Positions 52,188 through 63,579 of a stretch of DNA of 64,000 nt are shown in pieces. The translations under genes were made by a program, and so were the position numbers. The notes beneath the pieces are model-generated. The model saw only the letters and a list, made by a program, of their open reading frames with translations. It ran no database searches and was not told the DNA's origin. Position 1 is the first letter of the stretch, and each line of letters opens with the position of its first letter. Location of the stretch: positions 47,963 to 111,962 of IMG/VR virus record IMGVR_UViG_3300037424_002358. One strand, written 5' to 3'. The stretch is from a virus.

Positions 52188-52405
52188 ATGAGTGGTGGAG
52201 TTGGGCGCTGACAGTCATCGGGATCACGGGCCTTTGGCTCGCCGGCTCCAAGAGGCGGGCGGGATGGCTGATCGGGGTCGCCGCGCAGGGCCTATGGATC
52301 GCCTACGCGTTGGCGACCCGCCAGTACGGCTTTATCGTGTCGGCGCTGTGCTACGGCTTCGTCTACGCCCGCAACTTCGTCGCGTGGAGGCGGTCCAATG
52401 GATAA
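52184..52405 (+). CDS. Small 3-TM membrane protein (PnuC-like half)
   Basis: WSW.L...G..GLWLAG.K...GW.......LW..YA..T.QYGF. Confidence 0.65.
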   Translation: MNEWWSWALTVIGITGLWLAGSKRRAGWLIGVAAQGLWIAYALATRQYGFIVSALCYGFVYARNFVAWRRSNG

Positions 52406-53072
52406 GGTCGACAGAGCGAGGGTGTTGGAAGCGTTCAACGACCGGGAGGCCTTTGCAGCCTTCCTCCAGGAACTCCACGACGAGTGGCGTTCCTCCAACG
52501 TGACCTTCGGGGAGTACAAGGCGGGCCAGGCACTCCTGGACGATAGAACCTGGATGACTGTGCGCCTCATGCTGGCCCTGTCCGATCTCGCCGATTTGCG
52601 GACCGATGCTCATCTGAAGGATGCACGCATCACGGCTCAGGAAAATGCTCTTCGGTCCCTCGAGCGCGAACGGTGGGATGATTTCTCGAAGGATGACCCC
52701 CAGTCTTGGCCCCGCTATGTCCATGAATGGCTGGACGCGAAAACCCAACAACTGCGGGCGCGGGCGGAGGCGCTGGAGAAGCACATTGTCATCCGGCGGG
52801 CCGTAGAACACGGCTTGTACGCTCACGGTGGTGCATCTGATGCCTGTGAAGTGGGGCCATGTGGACCAGCAAACGATGCCCTCGCCGCCGCAGGGCAGGT
52901 CCCCATAACTGACGCCAAGAAGGTGCTGGAGCGACGGAGAGAATTGACGATGGAGGAGCACAGAGCCATTTGGGCAGAGGCTCGCCGCAAGGACATGTCC
53001 GCGGCTCATTGGGCCTATACCTATGCCGACGTTCTCCTGGACGCCCTCGCCGCCTTGCGAGCGGAGGTGTAG
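52398..53072 (+). CDS. Hypothetical protein
   Basis: GGAGG RBS. Confidence 0.55.
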   Translation: MDKVDRARVLEAFNDREAFAAFLQELHDEWRSSNVTFGEYKAGQALLDDRTWMTVRLMLALSDLADLRTDAHLKDARITAQENALRSLERERWDDFSKDDPQSWPRYVHEWLDAKTQQLRARAEALEKHIVIRRAVEHGLYAHGGASDACEVGPCGPANDALAAAGQVPITDAKKVLERRRELTMEEHRAIWAEARRKDMSAAHWAYTYADVLLDALAALRAEV

Positions 53073-53172
53073 CCATGTTTCCTGAGTTCTGGTCATTCAT
53101 TCTCGGTGTTGCCGTCGGCGCATGGTTGGTCTATGCACTTTCTCTGCTGGCGGTCTAGCCACGCGAGGGGCC

Positions 53173-53202
53173 TTGACATGGTACCGTATTCGGTACTATA
53201 AT
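53173..53202 (+). promoter_or_regulatory. Promoter with operator TACCGTATTCGGTA
   Basis: TTGACA-18-TATAAT; operator at 53182-53195. Confidence 0.85.
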
Positions 53203-53226
53203 GGGGGTACTTCGGGAGGGTCCTAC

Positions 53227-53475
53227 ATGGAAATCCGGCAGTCGCTACAGAGGTCCATCGCCGCAGCGGTCGACGGGTCAGCCTTCGGTCGCGTGGCCCT
53301 ATCCACGCTGATCTACCCCGACCGCCAGAAGAACGCCGTTGACCTGCTACTCGGAACACGCCGCTTCTACGTGTGCACGAGGCCGACGCTCGATGAGGCG
53401 AAGGCAACCGCTGGAGATCTCCTGGGCGCGGCGGCACGGCTGGTCGAGGACTGCGGCGGGGTGCCGGACCTATGA
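53227..53475 (+). CDS. Hypothetical protein
   Basis: GGGAGG RBS after the promoter. Confidence 0.55.
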   Translation: MEIRQSLQRSIAAAVDGSAFGRVALSTLIYPDRQKNAVDLLLGTRRFYVCTRPTLDEAKATAGDLLGAAARLVEDCGGVPDL

Positions 53476-53681
53476 GCGCTTGGGTCCAGACCAAGTACCT
53501 CTTCTACCGGGACGTGCCCGAGGCGGGCGAGATACTATTCGTCGTGCCCTACGAGGGCTTCACCCTCGCTTACGTCCACAAGCGCGGGACCTTCCATCCC
53601 TTCCGGGAACAGACCTTCTACGGTCCCGACGCGGTGGCGGAGGCAAAGCGCTACCTCGAGAAGTCTGAGGTTTCTGCTTGA
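53472..53681 (+). CDS. Hypothetical protein
   Basis: ATGA coupling. Confidence 0.55.
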   Translation: MSAWVQTKYLFYRDVPEAGEILFVVPYEGFTLAYVHKRGTFHPFREQTFYGPDAVAEAKRYLEKSEVSA

Positions 53682-53959
53682 TGCCCCGCTACGCGATCTC
53701 CTATTACCGCTACGGCGTCGGCTACTACTTGGCGTCGAAGTCGATCACTCGCCCCGTCGCCAGCCGCCACCAGCGTCAGGTGGAGGCCACCAGCCTGCTC
53801 GCCGCCGTGCGGAAGGTTCGCAAGGCCATCGCGCGCAAGATGGAGAGCCTCAACCGATTCGTGGTCATGGCGGCATGGGAGGAGATTGACCCGTCCGGCG
53901 GGACGCCTGGACGGCCCCGCTGGAAACTGATCGCCGACCACAGGGAGGATGACGGATGA
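53678..53959 (+). CDS. Hypothetical protein
   Basis: Coupled ORF. Confidence 0.5.
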   Translation: MMPRYAISYYRYGVGYYLASKSITRPVASRHQRQVEATSLLAAVRKVRKAIARKMESLNRFVVMAAWEEIDPSGGTPGRPRWKLIADHREDDG

Positions 53960-54378
53960 CGCTCACCGCATCCATTGAGTTTCAGGCCAAGGATCGTTTC
54001 CTCGCCTACTTCCACGTGGACACGTCGGCTGGCAACGTCCTGGTCTGGCTGATCGAGCGTGAGGGCGCCTACATGATGCTCGGGCGCAACCGCACCTATC
54101 GAGATGGCGTCATGGGTCCCGAAAGCAAGGACACGCGGAACTCCTACGGAAAGCGCCTCCTCGCGACGATCGACGAAGATGCCGTGGCGGACCTGCAGGC
54201 CCTGTGTGACGCGATCAGCAGGGTGACCGCCATCATGGCACCGCTGTGGGGCCTGCCCCAGGTCACCTTCCACCGCTTCAAGATCGGCACCTGGACCGAG
54301 GTGGAAGAAACCCTCCGGCTCGACAGCGGGTTCACCATGATGGTCGTGTCCGAGAAGGTTCAAGGAGAACAGTCATGA
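53956..54378 (+). CDS. Hypothetical protein
   Basis: GGAGG RBS; coupled ORF. Confidence 0.55.
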   Translation: MTLTASIEFQAKDRFLAYFHVDTSAGNVLVWLIEREGAYMMLGRNRTYRDGVMGPESKDTRNSYGKRLLATIDEDAVADLQALCDAISRVTAIMAPLWGLPQVTFHRFKIGTWTEVEETLRLDSGFTMMVVSEKVQGEQS

Positions 54379-54596
54379 AACCGTCGAAACTCAAGCCCTG
54401 TCCGTTCTGCGGTTCAAGGCCGGAACGCCAACGCTGGCACGGCGGTGGCCCGCAGAAACGCATGGTCTCCTGCCCGAACGAGCGGTGTCCGGTGCAGCCG
54501 AAAGTCACGGGCGAGACGCCCGCCATCGCCGCCCGCCGGTGGAACACGCGCAGACCGCCTTCGATCTACTGGATCGTCGACGACACGGAGAATTGA
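54375..54596 (+). CDS. Lar-family restriction alleviation protein
   Basis: LKPCPFCG...V.C...C.......A..RWNTR. Confidence 0.75.
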   Translation: MKPSKLKPCPFCGSRPERQRWHGGGPQKRMVSCPNERCPVQPKVTGETPAIAARRWNTRRPPSIYWIVDDTEN

Positions 54597-54949
54597 TGGA
54601 CATCCTCGCCGCAGACTATCCCGAATGCCAACGGCTCGTCGAGGCGGCGAAGGAGACGCAGTCCGTCGGCGACTTCCTCGAATGGCTGTCCGAGCAGCAT
54701 GTCAGCCTGACCGTCTGGAGCCATTGGCAGGAGACCGTAGACTGCTACCGCTGTTCGGGCGAGGGCAAGATCGGCAGGCGCGCCTGTGATCGTTGCAACG
54801 GCGCGCGCACCCTCCAGTACGACCGAGAGGGCTACCTGCCTGTCACGAAGAGCCGCGAGCAACTGCTGGCCGAATGGAAAGGCATCGACCTCGCCAAGGT
54901 CGAGGCCGAGAGACGGGCAATGCTCGTCAAGATAAGGGAGACGCAGTGA
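54596..54949 (+). CDS. Hypothetical with DnaJ-type CxxCxGxG Zn finger
   Basis: CYRCSGEG, CDRCNG. Confidence 0.6.
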   Translation: MDILAADYPECQRLVEAAKETQSVGDFLEWLSEQHVSLTVWSHWQETVDCYRCSGEGKIGRRACDRCNGARTLQYDREGYLPVTKSREQLLAEWKGIDLAKVEAERRAMLVKIRETQ

Positions 54950-55049
54950 TGTCATTCTCGACGATGCCGGACCTCGTGTTCGTCCTGTTGGTTATGATTG
55001 CCGGCGGTCTCCTCGGCTTCGGGCTGGCAACCATCCTCCGCGGGACTCG

Positions 55050-55310
55050 ATGACAATCGAGCAGCGGCCCCCGCTGACAGCCTTCGACAAGGCCATCCTG
55101 GCCCTTCTCCCCCATGCCTCGCAACGCGGGAAGTCGGGCCAGCCGCGCTGCATAGCCTTCGTCGCCGCCGATCACTATGCTGTGCTCCGCGCGAACAAGG
55201 GCCAGCGGGCGGCGGTGTCCCGGTCACTCTACAAGATGCTCGCCATGCGTCTGGTGGGGAGGGACCTGGACAGCAGCAACATTGCCCGCGGCGAGTGGTG
55301 GCAATGGTGA
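55050..55310 (+). CDS. Hypothetical protein
   Basis: Coupled ORF. Confidence 0.45.
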   Translation: MTIEQRPPLTAFDKAILALLPHASQRGKSGQPRCIAFVAADHYAVLRANKGQRAAVSRSLYKMLAMRLVGRDLDSSNIARGEWWQW

Positions 55311-55450
55311 AGTTCAAGTTCAAGCCCCTTTCGTGGCAACGGCGCGTCGTTGGCCGGATCGTCTGTTTCCTCCGGGGCTACCACCTTTGGCACGGCGGGT
55401 CCATGACCGACATGAAGTGCATCCAATGCGACACTCCCTGGAAGCCATGA

Positions 55451-55479
55451 TTGACCCCCGGTGCCGCTGGCGGTATAAT
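55451..55479 (+). promoter_or_regulatory. Promoter with degenerate operator TGCCGCTGGCGGTA
   Basis: TTGACC-17-TATAAT; operator at 55462-55475. Confidence 0.7.
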
Positions 55480-55513
55480 GCTGGCTGCGGGGTAAACCGG
55501 AGAATTGTCCATC

Positions 55514-55869
55514 ATGGCTAAGAAGAAACCGACCCGTGAGGTCCCGACCACGGAATTCCCACGCGGCAAACTGCTCACGACGAAGGATGCCGCGCACGTC
55601 CTGGACGTGATTGAGCGCCGGGTTCGCTTCCTCATCAAGGGCGGAGAACTGAAGGCTAAGTGGATCGCCGGGCAATGGTTCATCCGGCAGGCCGATCTGC
55701 TCGTCTATTACGAGCGCCGCAAGGATCGGGCTCGAAAGTCGCTTGCCTACTACGGCTCCGGGAAGGTCTCGAAGAAAGCCCTGCGCGAATTGCACGGCCG
55801 CGAGCGGAAGACGGTCCCGCAGCACCTCCCCAACCTACGCCAGGCCGCCCGAATCCTCCAGGACGAAGA

Positions 55870-55873
<4 letters not shown>
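55514..55873 (+). CDS. Excisionase/MerR-type HTH DNA-binding protein
   Basis: LLTTKDAA..L.V..RRV..LI..G.LKA...G.W.I...DL. Confidence 0.8.
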
Positions 55874-57239
<1,366 letters not shown>

Positions 57240-57243
<4 letters not shown>

Positions 57244-57647
57244 AGACACGCTACAAGAACATCATCCGTTGCAACTACCGCGAGCGCGACATGGTCGGCT
57301 ACTACGTCCGCGTGATGTACGGAGGCAGGTCCTTCCAGCACTTCTTCTCCGACAGCCGATGCGGCGACCGGCTGTCGGCCCTTTCCGATGCGCTCCGCTT
57401 CCGCCACGACGCGGAGCGCAGGCTTGGAAAACCGAGGACTGAACGGATCATCCGCAAGTACAGCAAGGCCAATCAGGGCGTCTACCTCACTCGCCACAAC
57501 GGGCGGCTGGTCTACATGGTCACATGGTCGCCCGCGCCCTACATGACCCTCAAGAAGCAGTTTGGCATCCGCGGCAACGGGTTCCGCCGGGCCAAGCGGT
57601 CCGCGGTCGCCTTCCGGCGCAAGATGGAGAGGACGCATTACCGATGA
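57240..57647 (+). CDS. AP2-domain-like DNA-binding protein
   Basis: Two AP2-like units: YYVRV...FFSD...AL..A..FR and GVY...W...K.F.I...G...A...A..FR. Confidence 0.65.
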
Positions 57648-58054
57648 ACAAGCGGAGCGGTTTCCTCCTGATCGGACTCGGCGTCTGCACGTTCATCGTC
57701 GGAGCCATCCAGGTGATCGGACCAGCCATCGAGAGGCACGAAGCCTATGTCGCCTCGCTTCCCACGCCAACACCAGCACCGCGGTGCCGCGAGGTGACCT
57801 TGTCGGACGGCAAACTTGCCATCGCCTGTCAGGGTGGTGGCTATGGCTCCATCAGCCCGGTGCCGCCAGTTTTCCAGCCCTCGGATGACGGCCCCTCCTG
57901 GACGTTCGACTACGGGGACGCTGGAACGTCTGGAGACTACGGTTCGGGCAGTGGTTGGGACATGGGGGGCGGCTGGGATAGCGGATCGTGGGATGGCGGC
58001 GGCTGGGACAGCGGCTCCTGGGACTCCGGCGGCTCTGACGCTGGCTCATGGTAG
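57644..58054 (+). CDS. Membrane-anchored protein with G/D/S/W low-complexity tail
   Basis: N-terminal TM; GWDSGSWDGGGWDSGSWDSGG. Confidence 0.6.
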   Translation: MNKRSGFLLIGLGVCTFIVGAIQVIGPAIERHEAYVASLPTPTPAPRCREVTLSDGKLAIACQGGGYGSISPVPPVFQPSDDGPSWTFDYGDAGTSGDYGSGSGWDMGGGWDSGSWDGGGWDSGSWDSGGSDAGSW

Positions 58055-58102
58055 GCGGGCCTTCCTCCGCCTACCGTCAGCGTAGTGTCAGGCCCATGGC
58101 GC

Positions 58103-58132
58103 TTGACATTATAGTACCGTATGCGGTATAAT
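58103..58132 (+). promoter_or_regulatory. Promoter with operator TACCGTATGCGGTA
   Basis: TTGACA-18-TATAAT; operator at 58115-58128. Confidence 0.85.
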
Positions 58133-58155
58133 GTAGGCAGAAAGGTAGGAACCCG

Positions 58156-58431
58156 ATGGCTGCAAGCCCCCGCTGGAAGGTCTACACATACGACGACCGC
58201 TATATTGCCTCGACGGTCGACCCCTTATACGCCGCCATGATCGTCGCCGGGGTCGGGCACGCCGGGACGACCATCCGGGATGGACACTCGAAGCGGTCCA
58301 CCGTCTACACGGAAGGTGGCGTGCTGGCGGACGGTTCCGTCGCCAGCGCTTCGGAGAGTTACGACGCGGTCGCCGAGGCCTGCCATAACACCGCGGCCTT
58401 TCTCAAGGAGGGGTTCCGTGGACGGCCCTGA
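58156..58431 (+). CDS. Conserved hypothetical protein
   Basis: P.WKVY....YIAS...IR.GH...A.ESYD.VA. Confidence 0.65.
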   Translation: MAASPRWKVYTYDDRYIASTVDPLYAAMIVAGVGHAGTTIRDGHSKRSTVYTEGGVLADGSVASASESYDAVAEACHNTAAFLKEGFRGRP

Positions 58432-58780
58432 ACGCACCTATCGCGGCTCCCGAAGGCTCAAGGGTTCCTCCCACTTCGTGACCGTTGATGTCGGCAACCG
58501 GACCCGCGTTCTCTACCATCTCGTCTACCACTCTCCGACGGGCCTCGAATGGGGCTATCCGGGTTCGGGACCCGCAGACCTCGCTCTCTCAATCCTGGCC
58601 GACTATTTCGGCGAGTCGCTCATTGCACGCAGGCGCATCGACCGCACGCGGGCATGGGCGCTCCACCAGCAGTTCAAGAACGATTGGGTCGCTGGCTTCG
58701 ACGACGACTGGACGCTCACGGGGAAGGAGATCGCGTCCTGGCTCGCCGCCGTGGGCGAGGAGGCGAAGGCTCATGGGTGA
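58418..58780 (+). CDS. DUF6166-like protein
   Basis: HSPTG.EWGY.GSGPADLAL.ILAD...FK. Confidence 0.7.
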   Translation: MDGPERTYRGSRRLKGSSHFVTVDVGNRTRVLYHLVYHSPTGLEWGYPGSGPADLALSILADYFGESLIARRRIDRTRAWALHQQFKNDWVAGFDDDWTLTGKEIASWLAAVGEEAKAHG

Positions 58781-59681
58781 GAATCCGATCATCACCGGAC
58801 TTGGGTGGGACTTCGGCATCTTCTGGAACGTCGGGCGCGCCGTGCTGGCGGGCCAGGACCCCTACGTTGTCTTCGGCTCGTTCTATCCGCCAGCCGCGAC
58901 GATCCTGTTCGCGATCTTCGCGTTCCTGCCATTCGGCGTCGCCTACGGGCTGTGGACCATCGCCAACGTAGCCTTCCTCGCCCGGATCGTCGGCCTGCGC
59001 AAGGCCCCGGTCTGGCTCTTCTACTTTCCGGCCCTCTTCGTCATCGCCGCGGGCCAAGTTGATCTCGCACTCGTCGCACTAGCAACCTTCCTGCCCCGCA
59101 AGGATTGGAAATCGGTAGCCGCCGCCATCCTCATCACCCTGAAGCCGCAGGTCGCATTCCTCCTGCTCCCATTCTGGCTGGTCACGTGGCTCCTGCACGA
59201 CCGGAAGCGACTCGCCGCGTTCGGCCTCGGGGCACTCCTCCTGCAAGGCTGGCCCGCCCTGTTCGACCCCGCCATCTTCGCCCGCTGGCTCGACAAGGCG
59301 GCGGAGTACGGCGGCGGCGCAGGTCGCGCAATGGCCTCGCCCGGAGTTTGGTCGTTGCCGATCCCGGACCTCGCCCTCGCCGTGGTATCTGCGGCGCTGG
59401 TAGGCTTCGCAATCTACGCCAGCCTGCGGCGGGACGAAGCGGTCTCACGCGCCTCGCTGGTCCTCGCCACGCCAACGGGACATTCCTACGACGGATCGGT
59501 CCTCATTGGAGCCGCGCCCGCCGCACTCATGGTCCCGCTATCGTGGGCTACGCTCGCGCTGGCGCACGCAGTCGGCTCGTTCTGGCCTCTCTCGCTGACG
59601 ACCTTGGCGGTTTTCGTCTGGAACGCGACCCGACAAACCGCCTCTGTCCGATCCGCTGTTCCTGTCGCGGTGAGCGGTTGA
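58773..59681 (+). CDS. GT87-like integral membrane glycosyltransferase
   Basis: DF..F....RA...G.DPY...FYPP; GQ; LKPQ; many TMs. Confidence 0.75.
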   Translation: MGENPIITGLGWDFGIFWNVGRAVLAGQDPYVVFGSFYPPAATILFAIFAFLPFGVAYGLWTIANVAFLARIVGLRKAPVWLFYFPALFVIAAGQVDLALVALATFLPRKDWKSVAAAILITLKPQVAFLLLPFWLVTWLLHDRKRLAAFGLGALLLQGWPALFDPAIFARWLDKAAEYGGGAGRAMASPGVWSLPIPDLALAVVSAALVGFAIYASLRRDEAVSRASLVLATPTGHSYDGSVLIGAAPAALMVPLSWATLALAHAVGSFWPLSLTTLAVFVWNATRQTASVRSAVPVAVSG

Positions 59682-60058
59682 TGGCTCGCGTCACCGTCAC
59701 CAGTCGGGACGCCTATTACAGGCTCGTCCTATCGGGCAAGGCGACCAGCCAGAAGGACCGCATCATGCGCTACATCATCCACGTGCAGCGCCCGGTCACG
59801 CGGCATGAGATTGACCGCTTCTTCCACGCGCAGGACGGCCGCGGCGGCTACCGGGCGCTGGACGGCGGCACGCCGATCCCATGGCAATCCATGGGCGGTG
59901 CCGTGGCGGGGATGAAGTGCAAGGTCGACGGCTGCGACCATTCCGGGTGCAAAGCGTATCTCGCTGTGGACCATATCGGCCCCGACCCTATCGTGAATGA
60001 AAAAGTCGAGTTCCTCGTCCCTATCGGCGACCGCTGGAACCAGCGGCTCATGTTCTAG
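59681..60058 (+). CDS. Hypothetical, wHTH-like
   Basis: TSRDAY...SQ..RI......PVTR.EI. Confidence 0.55.
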   Translation: MARVTVTSRDAYYRLVLSGKATSQKDRIMRYIIHVQRPVTRHEIDRFFHAQDGRGGYRALDGGTPIPWQSMGGAVAGMKCKVDGCDHSGCKAYLAVDHIGPDPIVNEKVEFLVPIGDRWNQRLMF

Positions 60059-60067
60059 GAGGGTCCC

Positions 60068-60544
60068 ATGAAGTACACCATCGCCATCGTCATCATCGCC
60101 GTCTTTGCCTCAGCGTGCATCGTCCTTCCGCCGGCTCCACAGCCGACGGCTCCGCAGCCGACGGCTGTGCCACGCCCAACCGTTGCGGCGGTGGAGGAGA
60201 GCGACATTGAGGCCGCCCTGCGCCAAAACGATTTCATCTACATCGGCCTCGACTCCGGCGCCCGGTTCTACGTCTCCGCCGAGGAACCCGGAGCCGGATT
60301 CGCTTACGATTCCGAGTCGTTCGGCTTCATAGCCGACTTCGGCCGCGCCCTCGACGGGCGTCGCATCGCCGACCTGCATTGGGAACTGGCCACGGATGCA
60401 GGACTTATCGACGTCATGCTATGGACGTCGGACCACGACGACGAACTGCGCGTCAATGGCGGTAGCGCCGGTGGCCCGTGCGGGTCGTTCTACTGCTACG
60501 GGGACATGGACGACGACATCCTGGTCGTCTCGGCCTCCCGATGA
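60068..60544 (+). CDS. Putative lipoprotein with PQPTA repeats
   Basis: FASAC lipobox-like; APQPTAPQPTA. Confidence 0.6.
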   Translation: MKYTIAIVIIAVFASACIVLPPAPQPTAPQPTAVPRPTVAAVEESDIEAALRQNDFIYIGLDSGARFYVSAEEPGAGFAYDSESFGFIADFGRALDGRRIADLHWELATDAGLIDVMLWTSDHDDELRVNGGSAGGPCGSFYCYGDMDDDILVVSASR

Positions 60545-60738
60545 TGTCGAAGAATTTGGACGACCTGCGCACCATCACGCTCTCCCTCAAAGAGGCGATG
60601 GTCCACTTGGAGAACGTGCTGGATGGACTCCGGCCACACCCCGCCGTCGGCCCGGCTGTGCTTGACGAACTGGAGGCTGTGGGGAGATCAATTGAACGGA
60701 CCATTGAGCCGCTGGAGCGGATCGGCAAGCGGGGCTGA
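60541..60738 (+). CDS. Small hypothetical protein
   Basis: Coupled ORF. Confidence 0.5.
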   Translation: MMSKNLDDLRTITLSLKEAMVHLENVLDGLRPHPAVGPAVLDELEAVGRSIERTIEPLERIGKRG

Positions 60739-60999
60739 TGGAGTCCTCCGCGGATGAAGTCGAACCCGTCCTGGGTCCGGCCTAGGCGCACCGGCCAGGG
60801 GATGTCCTCGACCACTACTGGACACCGGGCGATGACGAGTGGAAAACGCTCTGCGGGAAGGCCGAGCCGGCGGCCTTCTACTTCGGCGGCATCAACTACA
60901 TCCGCCTGATCCTGACCCCGCTCGATCACTGTGCGACGTGCACCGCAGCCATGCCGGGTCACGAGGAGGCCGAGACCAAGCGCCTCCGAGGATGGTGAG

Positions 61000-61287
61000 A
61001 TGGCAATCCAGGGCAGTCTCTTCGCCGACGTCGACGAGGCCACCGACCGTGACAGCCTCGATGTCCTCGCCCGCGTGATAGAGGGCATCGCGGAGCGGAT
61101 GGCGACCGCGGCCGACAGCGAGTTCAGTGACGTGCTCATGGAATACGCCGGGGAGATCGGTGCGCGCCGGACCTTCGGCCATTCCGAGCAACTGACGAAG
61201 GGCAGGCAGCATCCGGGTGAAGGCGCGTTCTTCGCGCGGATCGCCATTCTCCACCTGGACGACCCGCTCACGCAGATTACCCCATGA
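61000..61287 (+). CDS. Hypothetical protein
   Basis: MAIQGSLF start. Confidence 0.45.
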   Translation: MAIQGSLFADVDEATDRDSLDVLARVIEGIAERMATAADSEFSDVLMEYAGEIGARRTFGHSEQLTKGRQHPGEGAFFARIAILHLDDPLTQITP

Positions 61288-61586
61288 CCCTGCGCCTATC
61301 ACTCACCTTCATCTTCCGCCAGCAGGACGATATGGACGCCATAAAGGCGACGGCCACGGGCCTGCGCGATCTAGCCCGGCGCCTGCGCGCCCTGCCGGAG
61401 GAATCGTTTACCGCCGACACGGACATGAGGCTACGCAGGAAGATCAGCATGCGCATCGTGGACCGGGCCAAGATTGAAGAGTCCGACCACGAGATCGTGC
61501 TGACACTCGACCACGTTGAGTTCTCGGACACGATCTACGGATCGGCCAGTCTAGGACCCTTGGGCCGCTTGCCCCCCAAAGCGTAG
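61284..61586 (+). CDS. Hypothetical protein
   Basis: ATGA coupling. Confidence 0.5.
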   Translation: MTLRLSLTFIFRQQDDMDAIKATATGLRDLARRLRALPEESFTADTDMRLRRKISMRIVDRAKIEESDHEIVLTLDHVEFSDTIYGSASLGPLGRLPPKA

Positions 61587-61681
61587 TGTGCTATTCTACG
61601 GTCGATTGGCCCAATTGCCGCCGACCTCGCGCCTGCCCCCCTCAGGTACGGGTCGGCGGCCGGGTTTTCCGGGGAGGCCGT

Positions 61682-62422
61682 GTGGTCGCAACCGTCTACC
61701 TGATGGCGCAGGGAGTCGGGAGCCGCTGGCACGATCGGCGGGCACCTCGCCCAGCCGTCTTCGAGACCGACGCCCCGCCCTACAAACATCTCCTCGACGT
61801 GGCTGGCGAACCCCTGATCCACAGGTCGGCCCGCTTCTTCCAAGAGGCCGGGTTCCACGTCGTCGTCGTCGCCGGCACCGAACTCCACTCGCTCGGCGCA
61901 TCGGAGTTCGAGCGCCTGACCCTTCCCGACCCCGGCGAAGAGGTGCTGACGGCCTGCCTAGCGGCGATGGAAATGCGGCCCGCCGACGGCCAGGCCGTGA
62001 TCGCCCTCGGCGACGCGCTCTTCTCGAGGGCCGCCGTCGCCAGCGTCGCAGCCAACCTCGCGGGTCCTTCCGTCCTGGCCCGCGTGGACCCGTCACCCGT
62101 CTGCAACAAGGTCGCGCCGGAGGTCTTCGCGGCCTGGTGGCCGGCGGCGCTTGAGGCTCGGACGCGTGAGCGAATAGGGATCATGGTCGGCCACCGCGGT
62201 CATCCTGGCTCCCGTCCGTCAAAGCCGTGGGGGCTACCGTTCGCCGTCCTCGATGACTTCCCCAAGATGTGGACGGCGTACAGCCACAGCCTCCGGCTCG
62301 ACGCCGTTCGCGACCTGCTGATCGTGTCCTCGGACTACACCGACGACATCGACTCGCCCGAGGAGTGGTTCGCTTTCTGGCCGGACATCAGGGCCGCGGC
62401 GATTGAGGAGTCCCCGCCATGA
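61682..62422 (+). CDS. NTP-transferase (sugar/choline-phosphate nucleotidyltransferase-like)
   Basis: LMAQG.GSRW...K.LL.V.GEPLI; LGD; DDIDSPE. Confidence 0.75.
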   Translation: MVATVYLMAQGVGSRWHDRRAPRPAVFETDAPPYKHLLDVAGEPLIHRSARFFQEAGFHVVVVAGTELHSLGASEFERLTLPDPGEEVLTACLAAMEMRPADGQAVIALGDALFSRAAVASVAANLAGPSVLARVDPSPVCNKVAPEVFAAWWPAALEARTRERIGIMVGHRGHPGSRPSKPWGLPFAVLDDFPKMWTAYSHSLRLDAVRDLLIVSSDYTDDIDSPEEWFAFWPDIRAAAIEESPP

Positions 62423-63309
62423 GGGTCTACTTCGGCAACGACTCGAACCCCACGCTCGTCCCGGCACCCGGCCCGAGCCACGCCGGCGTCATCGCCGCCT
62501 GCGAGTCGGTCAAGAGGATCGTCCGGCAGAACCACGAGATCGTCGGCACGTGGCGGCGTGGCGAGCAGCCCGACCAGGCGCTCCTTGAGTCATGCGACGC
62601 CCTGGTCATCAACGGCGAGGGCACCATGCGGGATGAGGCTAGGCCGCATGAACCCGGGCGAATCGAACTGCTACTTGGCACGCTAGACCGCGCCATCGCG
62701 ATGGGCAAGAGGGCCTACCTGGTCAACACGGTGTGGTGCCGGATGACAACTAGGTGGGGCACGTTGCTACGGAACCTGGACGAGGTCTCGGTCCGGGAGC
62801 CGTCGAGCGCTTTGGAAATGCAGACGACTTACGGGGTCTACCCGACGATCTACCCGGACGCGGCCTACTTCCTGCCAATCGACGAAACCGCGCCGATGGT
62901 CGACTTTGGCGGCAGGGTCGTCGTCGGTCACCTCTACCCCCACAACTTCGCCGAGCGCTTGACGGAGGAGCATCCGAACTTCTCCCGCTGGCCTGACCGC
63001 CTGCCGCTCATGCCTCCGCCGGCCCCGTCCTGGTCGAGCATCGTCCGCTCGCTACGGACGGCCTCGGTCTATTTCACCGGCCAGCACCACGGCGTGATCG
63101 CCGCGTGTCGGGCACGTGTGCCCTTCATCCCGTTCACGGTGAACACGCACAAGGTCTCCGGCCTCCTGGCCTGGGCCAACGCCAGGGTCCCCATGATCGG
63201 CGACTCGCGCCAGATCGCGCCAGCCCTCAAATGGGCTCGGGGGAATCGGGAAGCCTACGATGACCTGTTCGCTTTCCTCGAGCGGCAGGCTCATTGGCCG
63301 GGACCCTGA
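62419..63309 (+). CDS. Polysaccharide pyruvyl transferase family protein
   Basis: H.G, INGEGT, SVRE..S, PD.A, TG.HH. Confidence 0.75.
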   Translation: MRVYFGNDSNPTLVPAPGPSHAGVIAACESVKRIVRQNHEIVGTWRRGEQPDQALLESCDALVINGEGTMRDEARPHEPGRIELLLGTLDRAIAMGKRAYLVNTVWCRMTTRWGTLLRNLDEVSVREPSSALEMQTTYGVYPTIYPDAAYFLPIDETAPMVDFGGRVVVGHLYPHNFAERLTEEHPNFSRWPDRLPLMPPPAPSWSSIVRSLRTASVYFTGQHHGVIAACRARVPFIPFTVNTHKVSGLLAWANARVPMIGDSRQIAPALKWARGNREAYDDLFAFLERQAHWPGP

Positions 63310-63315
63310 AACGCA

Positions 63316-63357
63316 GGGCGGCGGACCCAGGCTGTCCGAGCCTTCGATCCGCCGCCC
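63316..63357. terminator. Hairpin at the convergent junction
   Basis: GGGCGGCGGA...TCCGCCGCCC with inner AGGCT/AGCCT stem. Confidence 0.5.
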
Positions 63358-63579
63358 CTTCCCTGCACCTTGGATTCTAGCCTACATTTGCGATCTGCAT
63401 CCCGTCCTTCGTGGCGCGGGCCGAAGGCCCGCTGGCCCGCCGGATGCGGGGTCACGTGGCGGGAGGTCGGGACGGATGAAGCGAAGCAGAGAAGAGAGAG
63501 GTCCGATCCACCAGATGACCCGGATGCGCGGATGCGTCGTCCGGGTCATGGGGGAAACTCATAGTGGCTATGCGCAAGG

